Assembly (NCBI GenBank): GCA_002269645.1
Contig: NIVC01001057.1
Location: forward strand, 190,594-254,593
DNA length: 64,000 nt
Direction of reading: 5' to 3'
From: Macrostomum lignano
Lineage: Eukaryota
This document shows positions 47,440 through 59,263 of this stretch, one piece after another. Numbering within the stretch: the first letter of the stretch is position 1; each line of letters begins with the position of its first letter. Under the pieces are notes generated by a model that was given only the letters and a program-made list of their open reading frames with translations, was not told where the DNA came from and did not search any database. A program made the translations under genes and the position numbers.

Positions 47440-50400
47440 AAATGGCCAGAGAACTACGTATGTACTCTACACGCCGAAATTGGCAAAGCCATGGCTCAAG
47501 TGGTAATCAACAATCTACCATGTCGAGCGCTACTCGACTCCGGCAGCTCCATCACAGTTATATCAAAACAACTGTGCAACAAGCTACGACTTGCTCTACG
47601 GCCAGCAACAATCGCAGTTGCAGGAGCAGGAGGACATTCGCTAAACATTCTGGGAAAAGCCGACATTGATTTAAGAATCGCTAATAAACATTTGACAGTT
47701 CCACGTACGTCATCGACAGACTCCCAAACCAGGACGTTATTGTTGGCATCGACACGTTCAAGCAGCTTCGACTACCATTGACCTTCGACTTCAATAAGCA
47801 AACGTTTAAGATCGACTCGGTAGAACAACCATTGATCAACCAGATCCGAGTACTACCAAAAGTAACATTGCAACAAGATGTCATCATCCAACCGGAGAGC
47901 GCCTGCTGGATAAAGGCAAAGGCAACTAACGCAACGGAGGAAGCAATGATATTCGACCCAAACAGAAGAGTCACGGCTAAACACCAAATTATGATGCCTA
48001 CGGCACTAGTACTGGTTGCAAAAGATAAACAGCTGCCAGTACAAATATTCAACCCGAACACAGAAACGGTTCATCTACGACAAGGAATGTGCATCGGTCA
48101 TCTCAACACCCAAGCATCGGTTATGCTGATTGAGCAAGCGACTCCACGACTAACAGAGGAAGAATTTCAAAAGAAGATCAATTTGGATGACAGCCCGATT
48201 ACGGAACAGCAAAAGAGGAAAGTTCGACAGCTGTTGTGGAAGTACAACGACGCTTTCTGCCACCATGACTACGACATCGGACGAGCCAAGGACATCAAAC
48301 AGGAAATCAAACTTCTGCCGCACACGGAACCAATTCAGTGCAAACCGTACCCGATCGCCAAGCATCTGCAACAGCACTTCGATGAGATTATCGACAAAAT
48401 GCTGAAACACGGCATCATCAGCAAAGCCATTTCAGCATACTCATCACCATGTCTCTTGGTGCAAAAGAAGGAGACTAACGAAAGACGACTCGTATGTGAC
48501 TTCAGACTACTGAACAAGTACATACCGACGGATCAGCAAAGCCTACCGAAGATCTCCGAACTACTAGCAAAGCTCAACACGGCAAAATTGTTCACAGTGT
48601 TCGATCTACGTCATGGATTTTGGCAAATTGAAATCGAGAAAGAGTCACGACAGTACACGGCTTTCAAAACCTACAATGGACAAGTATACGAGTACAATCG
48701 ATCGCCGATGGGACTCAGCAACAGCCCAGCAACGATGAGCCGACTAACAGCATACATGCTTGCAGGATGCACGAACCTGTTGCACTATGTTGACGACATC
48801 TTGGCCTACGGAGAAGACTTCGAACGACTCTATGAAGCGACGGAGAAGGCCCTCGCGCTTATACAACGTCAAGGTCTGAAGCTACAACCAACTAAATGCA
48901 AATTCTTCCGAGACAACGTGCGTTACCTGGGACATCAGGTGACAGCCAAAGGAATTTCACCGGACCCAGACAACGTGGATAAAGTGAAAAAGTTTCCTAC
49001 GCCAACTAGCAAAACGAAGGTCCAATCATTTCTTGGACTTGCGCAATACTTCCGAAAGTTCTTACCCAACTTCGCGAAGACAGCAAAGCCGCTGTACGAC
49101 CTGCTCAAGTTCGACAAATGGAAGCAGGAGAATTGGACACAAAAGCAACAAGAAAGTTTTGACGAAATCAAACGACAGCTGACATCAGACGCACTGCTAC
49201 AGCATCCGGACTTCGACAAACCCTTCATCATCGAGACAGACGCCTCAGGAACGGGACTCGGAGCAGTCCTACTACAGGAAACTGAAGACAAAAAGGAACG
49301 ACCTATAGCCTACGTCAGTCGAGCACTTAAACCGAATGAGACAAAATGGTCAGCTACGGAACGAGAACTACTAGGAGTTCTGTTCGCCCTACGACAGTTT
49401 CACTACTACATCTATGGATCTCCATTACAGACGATAGTACGCACAGATCATGCACCGCTGACCTACGTCGTAACTACAAAAGGACAAACAAACAACCGAC
49501 TCATCAGGATGACACTCAAGATCCAGGACTACAACTACAAGCTCGTCTACAAACCAGGAATTACTAACAAGGCCGCGGACGCCCTGTCAAGAGCCTACGA
49601 AGTCAACGCCATTCATCCAATCCCTAACATCAAGGAATTGGTGGATGAGACTGAACACGACAACTTCTACATAGCAGTTAAAAACAACGACAAGGACATC
49701 AAGCTCAGCCCCGTGGAACGAAAATTCCTGCGCAAGCAGCGACAACATTTAACAATCAACAAGTCACGACTCTACTGGATGAGTGACAACAAACCTAAAA
49801 TCTACATGCCATATTCGTTTAGGCAGGCAATTCTCAACGAGCTGCACGACAACCCACTCGCTGGACACCTGTCGGCAGCCAAAACCATTGCAAGAGTGGA
49901 GCAATACTACTTTTGGCCAAGCATGCATGGCGACATCAAGCAGTATTGCAACAACTGCCACTCATGCGCAGCATCAAAGACAGGACGACGACAAAAACCA
50001 CAGCTACAATCGATACCAAAGTCAACAACTATGGACTGTCTCAGCATCGACATCACCGGACCGCTGCCACCGAGCTGTCTCCATGGCATAGCCTACACCT
50101 ACATCCTAACAGCCTTGGACATTTTCTCAAAGTTTGCTATTGCCATACCAATACCGGACATCACAGCTCAGACAGTGGCAATGGGTTTCTTCAACGACAT
50201 CATCTGCAAGTACGGTACGCCAAAGAACCTCACATCGGACAATGGATCGCAGTTTACGTCTCAACTCTTTCAGCAAGTGGTGAAGATCCTCAACATCACG
50301 CAGATCTACACATCGACCTACAATCCGAAGGCGAACATGGTTGAAAGGTTTCACCGCAACCTACACGAGATGATTACACACTTCGCGCATCAACAACCGG

Positions 50401-51020
50401 ACGACTGGATCATCTATCTGCAAGCAGTAACAATGGCCTACAACAGCGCTATTCATCGATCAACGGACAATACGCCATTCTTTCTAATGTTTGGGCGAGA
50501 CTTCCAGCCGCCAAACCTATTGGCACAGCAACTACTACCATCGCAATATGTGGAAGTCCCGACGTCCATTCAAAAGTTCGTCACGCAACTACACCTCGCA
50601 TGGAAAGTAGCCAAGCACAACATCGACAATCAGGTGGCTCTAACCACCGGCACCGACACGAGATCGACAACTCTGACAGCCGGCGACATCGTCTACCTGC
50701 ACTATCCGCCGCAACAGACGCACAAACACGCACAGAAGTACAAAGGACCATATCGAGTGGTCCAACTAACGTCACCGACAACGGCACGCCTGGCCAATGT
50801 GCAAGATCCTCATCAGCACCAATTCTACGTGCACATTCATCGACTAAAGAAGATCAACACTGACACGACAACGTTTTTACCGTCACTAGACAACGCTGAT
50901 CGCACGCGTTCGGCGAACCGCCACATCGCAACAAAACACGAGGAGACACAAACATCAACCGAGAACAGCAACACGGCTACAATCTGCGACCTCGTTAAGT
51001 TGCGAAAACAACCCGTGTAG
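47440..51020 (+). CDS. pol: Pol: aspartic protease, RT, RNase H, integrase
   Basis: Protease ALLDSGS (Asp codon 47536) is in frame with env; its DVIVGID motif lies past a -1 shift at ~47703. RT YVDD; RNase H ETDASG..RELL..TDH..ADALSR; integrase H-H-C-C, SIDITGP, SDNGSQF, VERFHR and GPY. Confidence 0.96.
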
Positions 51021-51109
51021 AGACCGGGTCAGAATAGCTCTACAGCTTCGCAAGCTTGTCGTAAGAGGCGACTAATCTGAGCGACTTCAAACTTCAAGCG
51101 ACGACGACA

Positions 51110-51322
51110 ATGGGCAACGCACTGTCCAAACAGGCGCCCCAACTACAGCAACTCTACGAATGCCCAATATGTTTAACTGATGACTTGGCTGTCAAGCCAC
51201 CAATTATTTGTGAAAACAGACATCGCATATGCGGACAATATTTAAGCGACTCACATTATATTCAGCTCTGGCAGAATTGCCCGATAGGTAGAAGTAGTTT
51301 GCGGCAGTGCGCCTATTGTTAG
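51110..51322 (+). CDS. Small accessory ORF: MGxxxS myristoylation motif plus degenerate Sina/SIAH-like RING
   Basis: MGNALSKQ..YECPICL..PPIICENRHRICGQY..CPIGR. Two expected Cys are Tyr and Gly, each one base from TGT. CQYC..H..C follows past the TAG. Confidence 0.5.
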   Translation: MGNALSKQAPQLQQLYECPICLTDDLAVKPPIICENRHRICGQYLSDSHYIQLWQNCPIGRSSLRQCAYC

Positions 51323-51540
51323 TCTTGGCGCACATGTCAATACTGTAACCAAAAACATTTTATTTGCATGCGTATACTTACCTTTAAATAACTTTTATAA
51401 CCAACGCTCTTAACTACCCATTACTAAATACCTGTAACACTTGTGACAAATGATTATTATAAAGACATGCTTGAACTTTTTATGCGTTTCAATCCTCTAT
51501 TTAAAACTCGGGACGAGTTTTTTGTAAACATGGGAGATTT

Positions 51541-52615
51541 TGTAGAGTGTTCTACCTCCCGTAAGAAGACATAAAAGTGTTAATGTACTACTCACACATT
51601 TTATTTAGTAGTAAATTGAAGAGCATGAATAAAGGTATGCTTTGAACTATAAGTATATTCGGACTAACCAATAGAAAGAGAGAAACCTCGAGCATGCTAA
51701 TTTTAGAAATCACCCAATCACGTGCGACCAACAACTGTCAATTCAAACCCCACCTTCAAGTCATCATTTGGTTTGCACTCGGGTTGCACCCGGATGAACC
51801 AATCAAAGTCTACCAGCTACGGTAACCAATCATGCGCTTTTACAGTAGACTAGTTGCGCAACTTTCTACCCTGTCATGCTTGACAGCCACCGAATCGTGA
51901 CCCTTTGACATTTGCGAAGACAGTGATGTACGACCTCGAGAGAGGTCTGAACGCCTATAAATACAAGTGGTCCGGAACGGACCCGGAGCCAGAAAATCTC
52001 CAAGGAGAGAAGCTCCGAAGAGGAAGCTCTAGTGAAGCCTTCCTGAAGAAACTCGCGTCGTGGACGAGTTCTTGCGGTAAGCCTTACTCATTTGCGCCCG
52101 TTGGTTGAGACGTCTCGCTCAAGTCTATTGAGACTTGAGTTTATTTGAGTCTGCTGAGACTCTTGAGTCTGTTTAGACTCCACTGGTTGCAGTCTCCAGA
52201 AGGACTGCCCCTGATAGATCTTAGAAGACTATCAGTGGTTTCCGGAGCCATACCTAGAGTGCATAGAGGCACTACTAGAAGGAGTAGGCTTATATTAAAC
52301 CGCAGTTTGGCGCAGGGATCCCCATTGTTAATTTGGAAGCTTCCGATTGGTCCGAACTACAGATACCGGCCGGCAAGAAGTCAAGAGGACAAAGGAGATA
52401 ACGGACCAGATCAACTGTTACCAGGCGCCTAAACTTCCTGAAGGACAGGAAAGTTACTGATCGCGATACTACGGACGAGGATTATTACGAGAGCTCTCAT
52501 TTAAGGACTCAAAGGTAATTGAATACCTTCATTTGATTACTGGGTTGCCTAGCTACGGAGCTAGAAGTGATTGTTCCTTGATTACAGTTGAGGACTGGTA
52601 ATAAGGAACACATCA
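51541..52615 (+). repeat. 3' LTR (1075 bp)
   Basis: By eye it differs from the 5' LTR by one G indel and one A>G substitution. A weak purine tract (AAACATGGGAGA, 51526-51537) precedes it. Confidence 0.97.
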
Positions 52616-55189
52616 CTCCATCAGCGTGAGCAACTGCTCAGGAAAAACAGGAAAATTGGCTACAGGGAAAGAAAATTATCGGGACGGGAGGATCTTTGCC
52701 AGAAAGAAGCCGCGGAGCAATCTGCACCTGCTGCTTCAAGGGGAGGGGCGAAGGCGAAGGGGAAATGAGATTTTCGATGGGCCCATCTGCTTCCAAGGTC
52801 TGCTAACCCTCGATCTTAGGGCCGATTCGAGCTTCGACCAGAGGGCTGACACGATTTGATTTTTGTTTGAGAAGGGGTGCGCAACGAAATGTAGTCCGCG
52901 TTCTTGAATTTCGTGTGCCTGCGTTGCCCCTTTCCGGCGCAGCAAAAACATTTGTTTGGGGGGAATCCACTTGGTGGATCAACTGATACGCAAGCATGCA
53001 GCAGCTTATAAGTTTCTAAAGACTTCCATGTGTGTCTTGTTTTCGGTTATGATTTTTATCTACTGCATAAATTAAAACGAGTTAAATTTTTAACATTGCA
53101 AAACCACTAGACTGCCCGAGCCTTATACACATACGCGTACATGTACAGCATTATGCACACCTCTATATCTTATAATGTTCGCTTATATCAACTCTAAAGT
53201 TGCATAAACAAAGGCCTTCCCTCTTATCTGAGTGCTCAGTGGAGGCTATTTATATACTAGCTGCTAGGCTTGTAAATGTAAATGTAAATAGCAATTAAAG
53301 TCTGATCCCTCAAAACTTTCACCAGCCTTTAGTATATCACTCCAAACCAATGCGGCTTAACTCGACATTACTAATGCTTACACTCATGCTACTTTCAGTA
53401 GAAAAATGTGTATTTGCAAGGATTATAAAAAACTGAAAAGATATGATAAGCCAGCCAGCCAAAAAGAAATTGAAGAGAAAGATATTGACTGAACAACTTT
53501 ATGGTAAAAATTGGGGGAGAGCGTTATCATTTTTTATCAACTAAAATGGAATCAACTTAGTACTAACTTGTACAACTTATGTACATGTAAGATGATCGAG
53601 TTGGCCAGTGTCAACTCAAGCACTGGAAATTGAGCCCGAAGTAAAGCTATGGACAATAGCTAAGTCGCGGCGTCCTTTAAAATAAATTTCCCTTGTCCTG
53701 TCCTTTACCTCCCAGTGCTTTAGGCTTTAATCCACAAAGGAGTATTTCATAGGGGACATTTACACTCTCATCGACAGTTAAAAATAATTTAAATTTGAAA
53801 TCAAGCACCAGAATCTGTAGAAAGCGACGTAAAAAGCATTTCAACACTTCGTACTTGTTATAAAGTGTTTATTTTTTGGTTTAATTTAAAAAATCAAAAG
53901 TAATTTAAATATTAAAAAAACTGTTTGAAAATTAATATTACATGGCGGAAACGAACATTATAAAGTCACAAAGAGTGAAAAAAATCAACGAACGTGCAAA
54001 CAAGCCCTCCTAAATTAACACCTGAATAAACCCTGAATTAGATGAGATTTGGTCAGTAACCCTTATTTATTTACATTTTCTTAGAATAAAAAATATCCTC
54101 TGCTTTTGGTTTGCTTATGCATAATCATAATGATGAGGGTGTATAGCTAAATAGAATGCTTCTTAAAAAGTAAACTAGTAACAAGCCCTCTGCCTATACA
54201 GTAGAGCCTACTAACTAGTTAATAAAAATGAGTTGTATGAAATATTGTTATATGTATGCTAGAATCCAAAGCCCAATAAGGTTTTATAGTTACTAAGTTA
54301 ATTCTACTAGGCCTAGTCTCCTTCCATGGGCCATGGCCTTAGTATCTAATAGTACTATCATAGGTATAAATCCATTTTTTCTATGTTTAGATCAATTAGA
54401 GCCTAGTTGAATTAAAATTATTTAAATTAGCAACTCAAAATCCATTGGCCTAGCCAACTTGATTTTAAAAAATTAATTTAAAAAATGCCAAGTTGCTAAT
54501 TTGTAATTTCAAGAATATGACTATATTTAAGGCTAAGCCTATACATTGCTTATATTAGGGACTTACAAGTAGGGAATGCAACCTGGGACCCTAGGATCCC
54601 AAAATCCTAAAATTGGGCTCAAATCCTAGGATTCTAAATCCCAAGATTTTGATTAGGCCTAAATCCTAGGATCACAATTATCTGGTATTCAAAAATTTGA
54701 GGATTGACCATTGGTATCTTAATCTCAGTTTGGAAAAACTCAATCATTTATTCTCAAATAGTACTACCTATAGCTGATTGAGCTATTTGTCAGGTGAAAA
54801 TCAACACCTATTTTGTCTTGCTGTGATTTATTTATCTTTTAAGCATGCAGACTAGTGAGAAAGCTAAGGCTGCAGGGATACAAAACTAAAGTTATTGGCT
54901 AGATTGTAAGGAGATTTTAAATGTAATAATATACATATAGCCATATGCATACATTATTTATAGACTAATATAATTATTATTAAAAAACTTGTGCATAGAG
55001 CCTAAAGCAATAAAAGTCAATTCCTCATTGTTTTCAATTGCAGCGCTATAGCTTGCTAGATGGGAGTCAAATCATTCTTCATTTGAACTCTCCCTCTATC
55101 TCAAACCTAGCTAAAACCAGGGGGGTTTTAACCTTGTATTGATCAGAAAAAAGACCTCATTCTTAGCACTGTCAGGACACCCTTTAGAT

Positions 55190-55580
55190 CAGTGGTTCTC
55201 AACCTATGGGATGCAACCCCCAATTGGGTTGCATGCAGGGTTTTTTTTTGCCAGAGACATAATGCAAAATTGCATCTTATGCTCACTTTCATAGTGCAAT
55301 TTTAAGGCTCAAATTGCAATTTCTCTTTTTTCTTATTTTACAGCAGTGCAAATAAGACTTCAATGAAAAAAAGGTTATGAGACCACACCTAAACTATACC
55401 CACTTTTTAATTTCAGTGTGTGATTTTTAAATTTAGGATGCAAACGCACACTCTATATACAAAAAATAAACCTAAGTTGCATGACCATTTTTGGGAGTTG
55501 CAGCACTAGCCTATGAAATGTAAGTACATAAAATGATTATAAAAGGGGTTACCAAACTTGTTTTTAGAGTTGCATCTAGC
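55190..55580. mobile_element. Decayed hAT (Charlie-like) DNA transposon/MITE remnant
   Basis: CAGTGGTTCTCAACC terminus at 55190 and subterminal hairpin ATGCAACCC..GGGTTGCAT at 55211-55234. Similar GGGGTTACC / GAGTTGCA motifs lie at ~55495-55575. No intact right TIR was found. Confidence 0.4.
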
Positions 55581-57087
55581 TTTTTTGACCTCTTATAATT
55601 CTAATAAATAATAATTAATCTAAATTAAATTTGTGTACTTTGAGAAAAAGTGTCAAAAAAATGAAACAAAATATCAAATAATAATTAGTAACAAACAACA
55701 GCAATTTACAAGCATAGGATGTACATAGGATGCTCACATTATAATCCCCCTGTTTGAATCCTAACTATGGCCAAGGAGTTTTGTAGCATTTTTTGAATTA
55801 ATATTTTTAAAGTCAAGAAAAAAAAACAATTAAGCCAATCCAACATTAAGTTTTTAATATATGGTAGACATTTTAGATATCTTTTTATAAATGTTTCAGT
55901 TCATTAAGTTTCAATAAACCTTTGATATTAGAGGACTATAGACCCTAGAATATATCAAGTGGCATATGCCCCAGCTATAAAAAACAGTCCAAGTGCACTA
56001 TATGCCATAGTTGCAATGGATTAGGTATTGGTTATCTTTATGAACTCTTGCTAATCAGTGATTCAATTGCAAGTTTTTGCTAAAGAAAAATTTATCACAT
56101 TTGTATATGTATAATTGATTTTACTACATATGCCAATAAACCTAGGTATTATAGTCTTTTAGTCTTTTTCTTGATGCATGGTTATATTGTGATAGGTTAT
56201 GGCTGTCTATTTTATTGTTTAGTTTATTATTTTAGTATATTAGATTATAGAAAAAATAACACTATTCAACAATTTGCAGCTTGATTTGAAGATAATTAGA
56301 GTAGAAAAGGAAAGGACCAGGCTTGAAAGCCAACCCTTTATGCAGCATATATTTTTTTCTGAAGTGGCTAGAGTAGATAAGATAAAAAAGAATAGATAGA
56401 AAAATCAAATGGGGTTCAATATGCAAAAGCCTAAGGATGGCTGACAGGGTGGGGATGCTAACCAATTAATAATTGATAGTAAAGAAGAGTGCTAACAATG
56501 TGCACATAGAAAGAAGGACAAATATTTTAAAACAGAATGTTGCAACATCCCCCCTTAAAATGTTTCACTGATACAAACAACACATAGAAACCAAAGTAAG
56601 CATTAGAAAATGACAATGGGAACATTTTGACAATAGCAAATGAGAATAGAGTTTCAACACCAATATACATAAATGTATCAATAACACAATGACACTGGGG
56701 ACAAAGTAAAAAATAAATATTGTGTTTATGAATCAAATGGTAGCAAATAAGCAATATACCAAAAGTTTTCAATCTTTTGGATAACTTAAAACAATAAAAA
56801 TGCCATTTTAAGATAGTTGAGTGGAGGTAAATTGAGAAATGAATGAAATAAAAAAAACTGAGGTGAATCTCTAAGCCAGTCTTTCTGATGCTCTACATAG
56901 CAAACAACATGTTAGGTGACCATTCCTAGGGTGCCTATCTATGATTTGATTTAGTCAAAAGACAGACAGATGGACAGACACAGACAGGCAGACAGCTTGA
57001 CAGACACAGAAAGGCAGACAGCTCCAGTACTCCATAAGCCAATATTTTACAAAGCAGCGCCGGCCCTCCCTCAGCCGCCCAGCCGGA

Positions 57088-57345
57088 ATGCACGCCAGCA
57101 ACGCCAAGCTAGCCGCTATCCTAGTCGCTTCCATCCTTTTTGTATTCGTGGTTCTCATCATGGCTGGAAAGACGCCAGTATCCGTGCTGAATTACCACCG
57201 CAACAAGCAGTACCTGTCTGCCCTGCCCGGCTCGTCCGGCCAAGCTGGCGGCAGCGGCGGCGGTGGCGCCATCCCGCCGGCCGCCTCCGAGATGCACGCC
57301 AAAAAGATGGCGTCGTTGAAAAACGGCGTCGTGTCGAACAGATGA
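57088..57345 (+). CDS. 85-aa small protein with an N-terminal signal/TM segment
   Basis: MHASNAKLAAILVASILFVFVVLIMAG..; GC3-rich island in AT-rich flanks with an acceptor-like site at ~57054-57057. Confidence 0.55.
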   Translation: MHASNAKLAAILVASILFVFVVLIMAGKTPVSVLNYHRNKQYLSALPGSSGQAGGSGGGGAIPPAASEMHAKKMASLKNGVVSNR

Positions 57346-58049
57346 CCCCGAATTGACGGCGATTCCCGGCTCCAACTCTCAGTGTGTGCGCCGGCTGCGC
57401 GCTTCCCCTGCTTGAGTGGATCATTAGTTAGTGCGCCCTTGTCTGTACTTAACACTTGGCCATGGTGATAATGAATGAAACGGAGACGGCAGGGTGGTTT
57501 TTGTTTGTTGTGACGCACTATGAACTTTCGTATTGTCCCGCCCTAATATTGTTGTACCAAAAATGTGATAACTGACCTTTCGGGGTTTTCTCACTGATTT
57601 TCGATGTATTTCTGGGGTAAAAAAATCAATTTTAACAATATACAATAGTACAGTTGAACTACTAGTGAGTAGTCTAGTATGTTTATTCGCTTGCTGAACA
57701 CAGAATTTAATATTCGACTGCGATCGGAGTTGCGAAAGGTTAACAATTTATCATCTTGCGTGACTACTATTTTTAACAAGCGGCAGGCGGTGCTTCTCGC
57801 AGCGCCGCTGGACCGAAAAATTCTCATTTTTGCGTTGCTATGCTGCTTGTCTTTTTGTGCCACTAATGTTACACACGTAGCTCGTATATACTGCTCTGAC
57901 ACTCCGCATCCGCTTCTGCGTGGGCCCGCTTCATTCCTGCGGCTCTGTACCGGCTTTGCTCACACCCCGCGCCCTCCATCACTGCCATGGACCAAGCCTG
58001 CGCTTCTTTCCCCACTGCCTGCACTTTCTGCTTGCATGTCTATTCTCTA

Positions 58050-58260
58050 TCCTGCCTTCTCTGACCCCATCTCTACCTTCTCTGATCCCATCTCTACCTT
58101 CTCTGATCCCATCTCTACCTTCTCTGATCGCATCTCTACCTTCTCTGACCCCATCTCTATCTTCTCTGATCCCATCTCTACCTTCTCTGACCCCATCTCT
58201 ATCTTCTCTGACCCCATCTCTATCTTCTCTAACCCTATCTCTACCATCTCTGACTCCATC
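58050..58260. repeat. 21-bp pyrimidine-rich tandem repeat
   Basis: Unit CTCTGATCCCATCTCTACCTT. Confidence 0.92.
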
Positions 58261-58799
58261 TCTACCTCTTCAAATTCCATCTTTTCTCTGATTCGAACTC
58301 CATCTGGTCCTATCTCTAACCTCTCTGATCTCGAGAAGATCCCATTTCTCCTCTCTTCTGATCCTTTTTGTCAGTTACTCTCACTTGGCTGGGAGCTCCG
58401 CATTCCACTTAGATTAGGCCTGTTTTTCCCCCTGCTCGGCCAACCCAACCCTGCTCTGTAATCCTTGACTGTGCACACAGGCCACAAACACTAATGTTTC
58501 TCTCCTCTCTGCAAGATCCAATGCTATCTGTGCTTTTTAAGACAGCCGTTTTCAATGTTTTATTTGCGCAAAGCAGTATATTAAAAGCAGGAGAAAAAAT
58601 CATGATTTGTTTCTGTTTTTGCTTTTGCAGTTTACAATAATTATATTCAATAATTATTTTATTGGCGAGATGCGGAGCGCGAGGATTTGCGGCTCTTTGG
58701 CACCGCATGTCTCGTATGGCCTTTGTAAACACCCTTGTGTCTTGCCTTTTTATTTTTTACTAGGCTTTTACTTTCTGCCTAGAGATAGAACTTGGTGCA

Positions 58800-59160
58800 G
58801 CTGCCAGCCTCCCAGATCCTCTGGCTGAGCAGCCAGCCTCCCAGATCCTCAGACTGAGCAGCCAGCCTCCCAGATCCTCTGGCTGAGCAGCCAGCCTCCC
58901 AGATCCACAGGCTGAGCAGCCAGCCTCCCAGATCCTCAGGCTGAGCAGCCAGCATCCCAGATCCTCAGGCTGAGCAGCCACCCTCCCAGATCCTTAGACT
59001 GAGCAGCCAGCCTCCCAGATCCTCAGGCTGAGCAGCCAGCCTCCCAGATCCTCAGACTGAGCAGCCACCCTCCCAGATCCTCAGACTGAGCAGCCAGCCT
59101 CCCAGATCCTCAGACTGAGCAGCCACCCTCCCAGCTCCTCAGGCTGAGCAGCCAGCTCCC
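58800..59160. repeat. 29-bp tandem repeat
   Basis: Unit CCCAGATCCTCAGGCTGAGCAGCCAGCCT. Confidence 0.94.
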
Positions 59161-59263
59161 ACAGTCCCAATTATTCCAGCAAGGGGCTCAGCTAGTATCT
59201 TACAAGTGCTTCAATCGCAGCCTCGTCTTTCAGCCCCCAGCCTTAGCGGCCGCCTAATCAGTG

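Larger units (their letters stand above)
41915..52615 (+). mobile_element. Full-length Ty3/gypsy (Metaviridae) LTR retrotransposon with an internal env-like gene
   Basis: Two ~1.08-kb TG...CA LTRs, 4-bp TSD CTCC (41911-41914 and 52616-52619), PBS at 42993, gag, and PR-RT-RH-IN domain order. Confidence 0.97.

Noticed and set aside
44120-47710. All frameshifts as programmed recoding
   Set aside because: Six fall inside folded domains or motifs without canonical slippery sites; only the ~45425 site is kept as a candidate.
57679-58461. 260-aa ORF
   Set aside because: AT-rich codon usage unlike host genes, partly made of the 21-bp repeat, and no motif.
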